Shown piece after piece: positions 30,669 through 39,623 of a stretch of 64,000 bases of DNA; position 1 is the first letter of the stretch, and the number at the start of each line of letters is the position of its first letter. This DNA comes from Candidatus Epulonipiscium sp. (GTDB taxonomy: Bacteria; Bacillota; Clostridia; Lachnospirales; JAAYNZ01), in assembly GCA_012799415.1 (NCBI GenBank), contig JAAZLH010000161.1, positions 217 to 64,216 on the forward strand, given 5' to 3'. The position numbers were made by a program, and so were the translations under genes. The notes below the pieces were generated by a model. It was not told the DNA's origin and did not search any database. It saw nothing but the letters and a program-made list of their open reading frames with translations.

Positions 30669-31373
30669 TCATATCCTAGCATAGAGTTTGTTTAGCTCAG
30701 TTTTACTTTCTTTCCAAGTAGGCAAAAACCTGTCCATGAGTGTAATAAAGCGTGGTCCATGGCCCCGTTCTAAAAAATGTACCATCTCATGAACTACGAT
30801 ATATTCTAAACAATGGAGGGGCATTTTGGCTAATTCTAAATTGATCCAAATTCTTTTAGCCCCTATATTACAGGTCCCCCATCTGGTTTTCATCTGCTTT
30901 ACACCAAATTCTAAAACTTGGACATTCATTTCTTTTTCCCATTTCTCGATCAGTGGTGGAATTAAAAGTTTTAGTTCTTTCCGGTACCATTCTTTTATTA
31001 TTTTTTCTTTTTGTTCTTTGGTACTGTTCTCTTTTACATATAAATCAATATATTTTTTATTGCGAATTTCAACTGTAGGCGGATTCTTCTTTATAGGAAC
31101 TATATTTAGGAAATATTTCATCCCTAAAAAATAATGATCCTCTCCTGATTGATACACTTTTTCAGCAACTCTTTCTTGACCTTCAAACTTTTTCTGTTGT
31201 TTGCGTATCCAAGATAATTTAGATATAGCAAACAATCTAATGGTTTCATCTTGCATTTTTTTAGGTGCAGAAATTCTCACGGCTCCATTAGGTGGATGAA
31301 CAGATAGATTAATATTTTTAACATTCTTTTTTGTGATTTCAATTTCAATGTCAGATATGATTAACTTTTTCAT
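30669..31373 (-). CDS. YgjP-like (DUF45) M48-type zinc metallopeptidase
   Basis: 234 aa. WGTCN... followed by VVHEMVHFLERGHGPRF (HExxH). Confidence 0.75.
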   Translation of the reverse strand: MKKLIISDIEIEITKKNVKNINLSVHPPNGAVRISAPKKMQDETIRLFAISKLSWIRKQQKKFEGQERVAEKVYQSGEDHYFLGMKYFLNIVPIKKNPPTVEIRNKKYIDLYVKENSTKEQKEKIIKEWYRKELKLLIPPLIEKWEKEMNVQVLEFGVKQMKTRWGTCNIGAKRIWINLELAKMPLHCLEYIVVHEMVHFLERGHGPRFITLMDRFLPTWKESKTELNKLYARI

Positions 31374-31613
31374 TCTAGAATTCCTTGTTTTTTATTTTTT
31401 TCTTCCACAATCTTTTTTATACTATATCTCTTTATTATATCAGTACTCAGCTCTGATGCAATACTCTGATATTTTATGATCTTAACCCTGGCAAATAACG
31501 CTAGTCTTTCTATTTCTTATAATATTCTTTGTATTTACAACCTTCTTGAACCCAGCGTCAAAAAACATCCTTTTTGGGAGAAGTCTTGAATCAGCATAAT
31601 ATAAACAAATATC

Positions 31614-32567
31614 CTATTTTAAAAATGTTAGCTGGCCATTCCTGTACGATTCCATCTTTCTATCTATTACTTTGTCACCAGGTTCAACTTTACCAATAAG
31701 CATAGGAGATTTGGGATCATGGTTCATAATGTTGTTGTTTACCGCTTTATCACTATCATTAGCATAGCAATACAAACATCCATGTTTGCAGGTATTGTAT
31801 GCTCCAATATCTATACTGGCTACACAACCACATACATCTCGCTGATTTTTATCCTTTTGAATAATTATATTTTCCCCTAATATATCTGCAATCAAATTAT
31901 CATCAATACACTTGGCATGCTCTATCCCCATAGATGATAAGTCTATCAACTCTGAACATGTTGCCATTTTCAATCCGTACCTTATAGCTATCTCTGATAG
32001 CCTCTTCCCTATTTCTACCATATCCTCATTATTTATAATAACCCCATTTAAATTCTTCATGTTTCTTTCAGACTTCCTATACATATCCACAAAACTAATA
32101 ATGCAACGCCCAGTATAATTCTTTAGTTTTCCAGCCAATATATCAAAGTTTTTACTATGATATTCAATATCTATTTTATCTGTCAATATAATCGGATCAT
32201 ATCTCCATATCATTCTCTTTTTCCCTATTAAAGTAGATAACTTTCTAAAAGATTCAATGACATTTTTTTTAGAAACCACATTTCGTTCAATTCTACTATC
32301 ATAAGGATTAATTGTTACTTGAAAATAGTAGTTATATTCCTTTAGTAAACCTAATTTATTCAGCATATTTGTTGGATCTTTTGTCCAAAAAACAATACAA
32401 TCTATCACGTCAGGATTCAGGGCCACTCTACTCACTTGATGATAGTTCATAGGATTACGTACTAAGACATACCCATCATTTAAGCGATTAAAAAACCATT
32501 CTGTATAAAATGCTGGGATGTCCGACCTTCGACTAGCACTTAAAATCAACCCAACCCCTCCTCCCAA
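31614..32567 (-). CDS. DUF1848-family protein (putative Fe-S protein)
   Basis: 317 aa. N-terminal SASRRSDIPAFYTEWF and the C-terminal Cys cluster CGCVASIDIGAYNTCKHGCLYCYA are characteristic of DUF1848. Confidence 0.7.
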   Translation of the reverse strand: MGGGVGLILSASRRSDIPAFYTEWFFNRLNDGYVLVRNPMNYHQVSRVALNPDVIDCIVFWTKDPTNMLNKLGLLKEYNYYFQVTINPYDSRIERNVVSKKNVIESFRKLSTLIGKKRMIWRYDPIILTDKIDIEYHSKNFDILAGKLKNYTGRCIISFVDMYRKSERNMKNLNGVIINNEDMVEIGKRLSEIAIRYGLKMATCSELIDLSSMGIEHAKCIDDNLIADILGENIIIQKDKNQRDVCGCVASIDIGAYNTCKHGCLYCYANDSDKAVNNNIMNHDPKSPMLIGKVEPGDKVIDRKMESYRNGQLTFLK

Positions 32568-32872
32568 TAATCTATTGTTACTCTAAGATTTTTTCCTATT
32601 TTTAAGTTTATTTTTCACCAATTTGTTTCACTATAGCCTTCTTTTTTCCTTCAGCAGTGTCCGTTAATTCTCTGCTCTTATACTCAGTAGGTTTCATAAA
32701 AACAATGTAAACTAGCTCAACTATACATTCTGCTCATAATCTTCGGTTCGATAATGCAATTATTTCCCCTTATCATCTGATACATCAGCAATTTTATCCT
32801 CTAACCCTTTTTCTATCATTATTGGGCATTTTCCGTATACAATAATTAGAATATAATATAAATATGATAATT

Positions 32873-33859
32873 TTAATTACTACTAGAGGAAGCTGCAGCA
32901 CTTGCAGCAATTGCTGCTGTAATAGCTACTTGTTGTGCAATAATAATGCTAGTTATACTATTTATTGAAGTTATATTCATTAAATTATCTATACAGGATT
33001 TTTTATATTCTTGTTCAACTAAAATTGCAGAATACATCATGCGTTGTGTTTTCCCTGTACCAAATGCTCCAAACCCTTTACTATTAAGTAGGGCTTCATT
33101 AACCTTTATTATATCTTCTATGGTCTGTTTCACATCATCTGTTATCAGTGCAAGTACACCAAGTACAGCTAATTCTACTCCTGTTCCAAACTTACATCTT
33201 CTTTCCTTTAATCCGTTAAAAATATCTATTACCCTATTGCATTTTTCTATCGTATTTTCTTCTCCTAAAGCTAGAGTATGGCTAAGGGATTGAACAGCAT
33301 TAGCTGAGAAGAAATTTCCCTTTAATTGTTGATAACAGCTTTCCATTTCATCAACAACTTTATCCACTGTTAAAGTACTTAATGCAAACATTACTGCAAA
33401 ACTCGAATCCTCTGCTGACGTTAGGAATGGATGCTCATTTTTCATCCTCTGATAGATCTCTTCTGATTTTCTAACTATCACTTCATATTCAAGGGGTTCT
33501 ACCATATTTGCCATTACAAAAGCAGATAAGGGTAAATATTGGGAAGAGCGAAATTCTTGCCTTAATATTTCATATGCCTTTAATATCTTTTGAAATTTAT
33601 TCTCTGGTTCTTTATCTAATGAAAGCATTGTCGCTAATGCCAAATCGATTGTACCTCTGAAGGGAGAGAATAGATTTGCATTATTCTTAATGATTACTTT
33701 ACATTTTTTAATTTTTAAAACATCAATTTCGATTCCTTGCTCTGTATAAAGGCAAGCACATAGTGGATATAATGTTGAATTATCCCATCTAAAATTACTT
33801 TTCATGATATCTCGATTTTTTATAAATAATTCTATTCTTTGTTCCATTGATTTTTCCAT
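32873..33859 (-). CDS. Hypothetical helical protein (DUF4003-like, tentative)
   Basis: 328 aa, predicted all-helical, with a C-terminal Ala/Ser-rich hydrophobic tail (AITAAIAASAAASSSSN). Confidence 0.4.
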   Translation of the reverse strand: MEKSMEQRIELFIKNRDIMKSNFRWDNSTLYPLCACLYTEQGIEIDVLKIKKCKVIIKNNANLFSPFRGTIDLALATMLSLDKEPENKFQKILKAYEILRQEFRSSQYLPLSAFVMANMVEPLEYEVIVRKSEEIYQRMKNEHPFLTSAEDSSFAVMFALSTLTVDKVVDEMESCYQQLKGNFFSANAVQSLSHTLALGEENTIEKCNRVIDIFNGLKERRCKFGTGVELAVLGVLALITDDVKQTIEDIIKVNEALLNSKGFGAFGTGKTQRMMYSAILVEQEYKKSCIDNLMNITSINSITSIIIAQQVAITAAIAASAAASSSSN

Positions 33860-33915
33860 ATAATTCTCCTTATCCTTAAATCTTATTAAGCACTGGAATG
33901 TGTGCCACCTTTTGT

Positions 33916-34452
33916 TTATATATATTCAAAAAACTCTTTGCTATAAACCACAGTTCCTGTAACTCCCCCAAGGCTTTTAACTTGGAGCTCCAATGCCATA
34001 AATGCTTTATCAGGCACTTCAAATGGTGCTTTAATTCCCCATGTACTTGCAGGTTTAAATCCAAATCGTGGATAGTATTTATCATGTCCGAGAACAATTA
34101 CTGACTTAAATCCAATTTTTTTTGCAATCTTTAAACTTTCGCTAATTAATTTACTACCTATGCCTTTATTTTGATGTTCTGGTAAAACTGAAACAGGAGC
34201 TAATGCTAATGAGTCATATTTATTTCCCTCATTTTCTATAAATAATTTTGTAAGCATTATATGCCCTACAATTTCTCCATCAAGTTCTGCAACAAGTGAA
34301 AGTTCTGGTACAAAGACATCACTTTTTCTTAATTTAGCAACTAAAAAATGTTCTCTATGGTCAGTATGCTCAGCATTTTTAAATGCTCTTTCTACTACGG
34401 TTTCTGATAATTTATAGTCGTTTTCTTTTTCTTGTCTTATTTTTATGCACAT
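33916..34452 (-). CDS. GNAT-family N-acetyltransferase
   Basis: Acetyl-CoA motif QNKGIGSKLI. I place the start at ATG 34452 (MCIKIRQEKE), 8 nt after GGAGAT. The track start at 34524 has no RBS. Confidence 0.75.
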   Translation of the reverse strand: MCIKIRQEKENDYKLSETVVERAFKNAEHTDHREHFLVAKLRKSDVFVPELSLVAELDGEIVGHIMLTKLFIENEGNKYDSLALAPVSVLPEHQNKGIGSKLISESLKIAKKIGFKSVIVLGHDKYYPRFGFKPASTWGIKAPFEVPDKAFMALELQVKSLGGVTGTVVYSKEFFEYI

Positions 34453-34559
34453 CTTTAAATATCTCCTTTGTAAGATTAAGTTAAGTGAGCAAATTGGTTT
34501 CGCATTTTTAAACTTATGCAGCATAATTAATAAATGATGCGCCTTAACGTTTTGCTGAA

Positions 34560-34868
34560 CTAATTAATAAGATTTTCATCCTTCATTTTTTTCAAGGAGT
34601 CATTTATTGATTTCTCAAGCTCTTCTTGAACTGAATAGTACACTGCTATTTGCATTAATGCAACAATCGCTTGTTTAATTTCATTTGCTAAAGCTTCTTT
34701 ACTCGGTTCACCATGTTTTAATCTTTTTATACCCGCATTTTCGAAGTGATTAACTTCACTTGCTACCTCACCACATTCCTCTAATAATCTTGTAACCATT
34801 TGAAAAGGCTCAACTCCATTGGGAAAACGCTTAAAATATCCTTGAACCATCTTATATAAATTATCCAC
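34560..34868 (-). CDS. MazG-like all-alpha nucleotide pyrophosphohydrolase domain protein
   Basis: 102 aa. LLEECGEVASEV (EExxE metal-binding helix) and a second helix ANEIKQAIVALMQIAVYY. Confidence 0.6.
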   Translation of the reverse strand: MDNLYKMVQGYFKRFPNGVEPFQMVTRLLEECGEVASEVNHFENAGIKRLKHGEPSKEALANEIKQAIVALMQIAVYYSVQEELEKSINDSLKKMKDENLIN

Positions 34869-34963
34869 TATAACTTACCCCCTATGATAGCTACATAAAA
34901 CTTCTCCATAGCAATTATTGCACCTAATTATATCACTACGACGTAAAATATAAATAATTTACC

Positions 34964-35494
34964 CTAATTAATTTTATTAGCTTTCATTAATTTAATTATC
35001 TGATATCCGTCACTAGGATAATCACCATAGCCCACCCACCACTTTGGGTATATTATTGGAATAGATGTAGATATAAATGTAACTAGTTGATAATTTCCTG
35101 CTAAAATAATCATTTCTTTTAAAAGGATTATTTCTATTAATAATTTATCCTGCATGTTCCTACTAATAAGCAATAATACGATGCCAAGGACTAGAGACAC
35201 AATTGGTCCACCAGCAAGAATCATTATCCTTTGGAACTTTGTAAGCTTAGATTCGTTCCAGTGTGCAGATCCTGTAAACGGATTGAAGCCTTTAAGTTCA
35301 ATATCTAATCTTCTTAAACTTATTCTTTTCAACTTTTCATTATTTCTGCCTAATGTTATTTTTACATTCTTTTTAGTTAAGATTAGTGCTAGTAAAGCAT
35401 GGCCAAACTCATGAATTATTGTTGAAATCTGAAAAATCATAAGAAACAGGATAATATTCAAGATAATCTCCAATATAATTTTAATAAATTCCAT
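34964..35494 (-). CDS. Small membrane zinc-metalloprotease-like protein (mini site-2-protease/M50-like)
   Basis: 176 aa, multi-TM. HEFGH lies in the first TM region and a distal PSDGYQI (DG) motif is present. Confidence 0.5.
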   Translation of the reverse strand: MEFIKIILEIILNIILFLMIFQISTIIHEFGHALLALILTKKNVKITLGRNNEKLKRISLRRLDIELKGFNPFTGSAHWNESKLTKFQRIMILAGGPIVSLVLGIVLLLISRNMQDKLLIEIILLKEMIILAGNYQLVTFISTSIPIIYPKWWVGYGDYPSDGYQIIKLMKANKIN

Positions 35495-35573
35495 AAAAAC
35501 CCCCTAATGTAGTCAATAATTATTTTTGTTACATATAAATAATGAACACAATATAATGAATGCGTAGTAACCT

Positions 35574-36122
35574 TTACCTTTTTAAATATTTTACTTTTAT
35601 ATAGAATTTAAAGTCATTATATAACAACTTTTCACTTGTTCTTCTAAGTCCTTTATAATTAAAGAGCCAACAAGATATTAGCATAATTTGAAAAAATGAA
35701 AGATAAACATCTTTTAAATCAAATATAAAAAGGCCTTTAAGATAAACATAATCCAAACTACCGCCCCAAAATATCCTGTCAATTAATGAACAAATTACAC
35801 CTGCAAATAAAAAAGCAAATATTAAACTTGTTATTTTGTCTTCTTTTTGTTTCTGTCTAATAAAATCAAATACTAAAATAGATATAAATAAGATCATGAT
35901 ATTAACAATTATATGTGGCAATAAGCCAATCCCTAAATTACTTAACGAATTTAACCACGAATAAGATGTATTTAGAGAAGGCTTAAATCCCACTATATCA
36001 CTAAAAATATCAAAGTTTTCGTTCATTAAATTATTACTAATATGGATTTTTATATATTGGTCAATTAGTGTTAACAAAAATACTGACAATGGCATTTTGA
36101 AGTTTTTCTTTAATTTAAACAT
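35574..36122 (-). CDS. Divergent signal peptidase II (LspA)-like membrane protein
   Basis: 182 aa with 4 TM segments. SLIDRIFWGGSLDYVYLKGLFIFDLKDVYLS resembles the LspA NxxDR...VvDf...FNvAD region. The N-terminal NxGAAF motif is not conserved. Confidence 0.45.
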   Translation of the reverse strand: MFKLKKNFKMPLSVFLLTLIDQYIKIHISNNLMNENFDIFSDIVGFKPSLNTSYSWLNSLSNLGIGLLPHIIVNIMILFISILVFDFIRQKQKEDKITSLIFAFLFAGVICSLIDRIFWGGSLDYVYLKGLFIFDLKDVYLSFFQIMLISCWLFNYKGLRRTSEKLLYNDFKFYIKVKYLKR

Positions 36123-36192
36123 ATATTTGATCCTGCCCTTTCTTTACTACCACTACGGTGTAAAATGTAAAGATTGCGTCTCAATGAGGGCT

Positions 36193-36432
36193 CTATAATA
36201 CATTAAACTCTTTTGTATCCAAAATTACAATTCGTGTTCTAATATCGTGCTTTGCTATGTATATAGGTTCTCCTTTATTCTCAATACAATATGGGATTCA
36301 AATAGATATCCCACGGTTTCTATATAAGCCATCATCATGACCTGTACCTATTGTAATGTTGTAGCTATTCTTTTGCCTTCATTTACCCACTTCTCTCTCC
36401 CTACAATAGCAAGAAGTTTTTCTCACTTTCAT
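36193..36432 (-). pseudogene. 80-codon reading frame interrupted only by two in-frame TGA codons (probable decayed gene)
   Basis: My translation is MKVRKTSCYCREREVGK-TGA-RQKNSYNITIGTGHDDGLYRNRGISI-TGA-IPYCIENKGEPIYIAKHDIRTRIVILDTKEFNVL-TAG. A GAGGAGG RBS is present and is best spaced for the GTG at 36426. Confidence 0.3.
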
Positions 36433-36667
36433 ACCTCCTCAGATATTTCAATTATTTTGCTTACTGGATTCTTCTATTCATCCAAGATAAAAATAGTGCT
36501 TATTAACTATAATTATTACTTATGCATTGAATATTCCGACATTTTTAATCATTATGTGAATATCATCAATACTATAATATATTAAGTATCAAAATATCAA
36601 TCCTTGGAAATAGTTGCCAACGCAAAACACCCTATTGATATACATTCGTTTCCAGCAGAGCAGATAA

Positions 36668-36943
36668 TTAAAAAATCCTTCTGATTATCCAATCAATTAA
36701 AATAGTATAATGCTCGATTCCAGTAGGATAGGTTACAACAGTTGAAAGAGTTCTTGTAAAAGATGAGGTCAAAATAAGTGTTTGAAGCATTTCAATTCCC
36801 TCGGCATCAAGTGTATACTCTTGCCGGTTTTCAAGCCCTACTCTTATTGTCACCATGCACTCTGGTGAAATTTTAAGTACTCCGTCTATTTCTTTTCCCG
36901 CAACATGAAACCAAGAATAAACTACAATCCCAAAAGCAATCAA
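36668..36943 (-). CDS. Hypothetical small protein, possibly 5'-frameshifted
   Basis: 91-aa ORF. A strong RBS (GGTGAGGTGA) plus an ATG at 36981 is one nucleotide out of frame with it across an A4 run. Restoring one A would give MKNKCKKRIIVSILIAFGIVV..., a signal-anchor. Confidence 0.35.
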   Translation of the reverse strand: MIAFGIVVYSWFHVAGKEIDGVLKISPECMVTIRVGLENRQEYTLDAEGIEMLQTLILTSSFTRTLSTVVTYPTGIEHYTILIDWIIRRIF

Positions 36944-37208
36944 AATGGATACTATTATTCGTTTCTTGCACTTATTTTCATTTTCTCACCTCACCTAATA
37001 CCTATAATAGCATTTCAAAACAAAATCATCTTCTGACTTTTTATTTATCTTCCTACACATTTATTCAAATATCTCTTACTTCGCATTTAACTACTGATGT
37101 GGAGTAAGAGATAAAGAATGTGTATTTGTTTATCCCCAGGTTATTCTTAGTTTCGAATATACTTTATTCTTGTGAAAAGCGAAGTTATGCAAGCACTCAA
37201 TCATATTG

Positions 37209-38399
37209 CTATTTATCCATGGCTTCCCTATATTTTTCCAACAATTGTTTGGGTAAATCATTGATGATTTCTTCTTGCCTTTTAAATTGTTCTAATTCTT
37301 TTTGAATATATTTTTCTTGTAACAAGCTTTCTTCCCATTCTGTTTCTAATTTTTTATATTTCATATTAAATTCAAAAACCCGATCTGCCCTTGCATCTGG
37401 ATTTAATAAGTCTTTCATTTCTTCATAGAATACTTCTTCTTCTCCAATACTGTTATGATTCATTTCATCCCAAATTGCCTTTTCTAATTGACTTTTTTGA
37501 GAAGATATCTGCTGATATTGATTTCTGTTTTTTTGATTCTGGGAATAAAGATCCCACTCATGTTGCAACATATGACTATTATGTACACCAAATTTTTGAT
37601 ATTCGTATTCTAAAAAACGTGTATAATGTACGTATCGTAATTTTGTTTTATTAAGTAATTCTACTGCTCGATTTTGCATCTTCATATTTTTTTGTAGTTC
37701 ATAGATAACTCTGCGTCTAAAAATATAAAGCCAAGTTCCGAGAAACAAACCTAAAACAGTAAGAATACTTCCTGACACCACCATAGACCATTCATAAACT
37801 GTATAGAGTAATAGAAGGATCAAGGCAACAAAAGCTAGCCCCATAACCAGCCCAATAGCCACCTTTCGGCTCATAACTTGAGCTTGTTGTAATTTTTCTT
37901 TTGAGAATTGTAAGGCTGCTTTTTCTCCTTCTAAATAATCTATATCTGTCTTGGTTTTTCTTTGTTGTTCTTCCATCTCTTTTATTTCTCTTAGAAGCCT
38001 TGGCATTTCTTCTTCATATTTTTGCAACTTTAGATTAACAAAGGCCCCGTCTGAAAATTGATGCCTTAATGTTTCTCTTTCTGATTCTGCACTTTGGAGA
38101 GCTACCCAGAGATTTTCTACCTTTTGTTTGTTTCCCTTGGGAAGGCTTTCATATTTCCTATACATTTGTTGTTTCTTCTGTAATTCTTTGATATCCTCTT
38201 GTAATTCTTTTTTATACCGCCTAATATCTATGAGTTGTTCACATAAAGAACTAATATAGGTGACATGGTTGTAAATTTCTTCTACCTCTATCCTGGAAGA
38301 TGTAAGAGTTTCTTTTTTTTCTTTTAAAGAAAATAGTTTAAGTTCATCTTTCATTTGGACTAGACGTTGCCGAAAAGTTTTTTTAGTTTCCATCTGCAT
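37209..38399 (-). CDS. Coiled-coil protein with a central two-TM hairpin (last gene of the multi-Hsp70 operon)
   Basis: 396 aa with long heptad-rich K/E/Q segments. TM segments are VAIGLVMGLAFVALILLLLYTVY and VVSGSILTVLGLFLGTWLYIF. The start lies 15 nt after the TPR gene. Confidence 0.65.
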   Translation of the reverse strand: MQMETKKTFRQRLVQMKDELKLFSLKEKKETLTSSRIEVEEIYNHVTYISSLCEQLIDIRRYKKELQEDIKELQKKQQMYRKYESLPKGNKQKVENLWVALQSAESERETLRHQFSDGAFVNLKLQKYEEEMPRLLREIKEMEEQQRKTKTDIDYLEGEKAALQFSKEKLQQAQVMSRKVAIGLVMGLAFVALILLLLYTVYEWSMVVSGSILTVLGLFLGTWLYIFRRRVIYELQKNMKMQNRAVELLNKTKLRYVHYTRFLEYEYQKFGVHNSHMLQHEWDLYSQNQKNRNQYQQISSQKSQLEKAIWDEMNHNSIGEEEVFYEEMKDLLNPDARADRVFEFNMKYKKLETEWEESLLQEKYIQKELEQFKRQEEIINDLPKQLLEKYREAMDK

Positions 38400-38414
38400 T
38401 TCTTTCCCTCATTT

Positions 38415-39590
38415 TCACAAAAGTTCTTCTGATTGTTGGCGGTATCTTTGTATCCACCCAAATAATATTTTTTTCAATTTTTGCTGATAAGATTTTGTTT
38501 TGCCTTCTTTTTTTTGTACCCGACTCCATTCCAATTGCACTTCAACATTTTCTGGATACAATTGAATTGCTTGTTCAATGATCTTTTTTGCTTGTGGTAC
38601 TTGATTATTAGTACGATAGAGCCTAGATAATGTAGTTAAGCCTTGAGGATTTGGCAAAAGACTTTGACTTGCCTTCTGTAATACAATAATGGCTTCTGCC
38701 CCTTTATTCTCTGTCTCTAGAATATTGGCTTTTTCTATATAAAAATCCCAATGATGAGTAAAAGGCATTTGCTCCAATTTTTCTAATGCCTTTTCAGGTT
38801 CTCCATTTTTTCGATGCCAACGGGCTAAGGCCAAAAACCCCTCTTGGCTGTCTTTAAATAGAATAGATCTTTGATATCCTTCATATGCCTCTTCTTTTCT
38901 CCCCATTTGCTCTTTCAGCGATCCATAATAGAACCACCCTATTCCTGTTTCTTCTATGGTTAAGGCGCTTTGAAGGTAGTTCTCTGCTTGCTCATAATCT
39001 TTTTGTTGTTGTGCCAACAAAGCACAATTGATAAGAATTTTTGGATTTTGGGGCTCTTTTTTATAGGCAGCAGTTAAATACTGGCTAGCTTTCTGATATT
39101 GACCCATTTGCATATAGGCCATACTGATGTTGTTAAGCAATTTCCCATCCTCTGTATATTCTAGGGCTTTTTGATACTGAACAATAGCTTGAGTATACTC
39201 TCCTCGATGCATATAGAGGTCACCTTTATCTTTTGCTCTTTCCCATTCATGTTTATGCTCCCAACGAAAAATTTTTTTACTAAGTGCATATAATTCTTTG
39301 TCTTGAAAGTAATCAATAAGAGATAGAAATTCCATATATTGTTTTGTTATACTAATCTGGCTTTCTTCTTGGATTCTAGCTATTTGGTTGGCAATAAAAG
39401 GTAGGCCTAAGGCGTCTCTGATCCACGCCTCTAGCCGTCCCATAATAAAGTCATCTATTGATTCTTTCCAATAATGATAACAATGGTAATATAATTCTTC
39501 TATTGAATAAATAATGATCCCCGTCATTTCAAAACGATAAGGTTGTTTTATTTGGGTAGGAGATATGCTGGGTAATACCTTCGTATACAT
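38415..39590 (-). CDS. TPR-repeat protein
   Basis: 391 aa with at least five TPR-like units (e.g. YTQAIVQYQKALEY, QYQKASQYLTAAYKKEPQN, DYEQAENYLQSALTIE). Confidence 0.7.
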   Translation of the reverse strand: MYTKVLPSISPTQIKQPYRFEMTGIIIYSIEELYYHCYHYWKESIDDFIMGRLEAWIRDALGLPFIANQIARIQEESQISITKQYMEFLSLIDYFQDKELYALSKKIFRWEHKHEWERAKDKGDLYMHRGEYTQAIVQYQKALEYTEDGKLLNNISMAYMQMGQYQKASQYLTAAYKKEPQNPKILINCALLAQQQKDYEQAENYLQSALTIEETGIGWFYYGSLKEQMGRKEEAYEGYQRSILFKDSQEGFLALARWHRKNGEPEKALEKLEQMPFTHHWDFYIEKANILETENKGAEAIIVLQKASQSLLPNPQGLTTLSRLYRTNNQVPQAKKIIEQAIQLYPENVEVQLEWSRVQKKEGKTKSYQQKLKKILFGWIQRYRQQSEELL

Positions 39591-39623
39591 CCTTATTGAC
39601 TCCTCTTTTCTTTATATCCCTTA

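Noticed and set aside
32608-32697. Short minus-strand ORFs in the 305-bp gap between the DUF1848 and DUF4003-like genes, such as MKPTEYKSRELTDTAEGKKKAIVKQIGEK.
   Set aside because: There is no RBS and the length is only 29 codons. They may be remnants of a lost gene, but I cannot support a call.
33876-34104. Two ~70-aa ORFs (both strands) overlapping the 3' end of the GNAT gene.
   Set aside because: Both lie inside or antisense to the GNAT coding region, which has clear acetyltransferase motifs. No independent signals support them.
36193-36432. Selenocysteine or genetic-code reassignment as an explanation for the two in-frame TGA codons.
   Set aside because: No SECIS-like hairpin follows either TGA. 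The residue contexts (GK-U-RQ, ISI-U-IP) are not redox-motif-like. TGA clearly functions as a stop elsewhere in the window, for example in folC and the 418-aa gene. A pseudogene is more parsimonious.
36337-36585. An 82-aa plus-strand ORF in the gene-poor region.
   Set aside because: It has no RBS and a low-complexity hydrophobic translation. It overlaps the better-supported minus-strand interrupted frame. It is treated as spurious.
29572-37208. Calling the accessory segment an integrative mobile element or prophage remnant.
   Set aside because: I could identify no integrase, recombinase or transposase, no tRNA target, and no flanking direct or inverted repeats. Only composition and gene content hint at horizontal origin.
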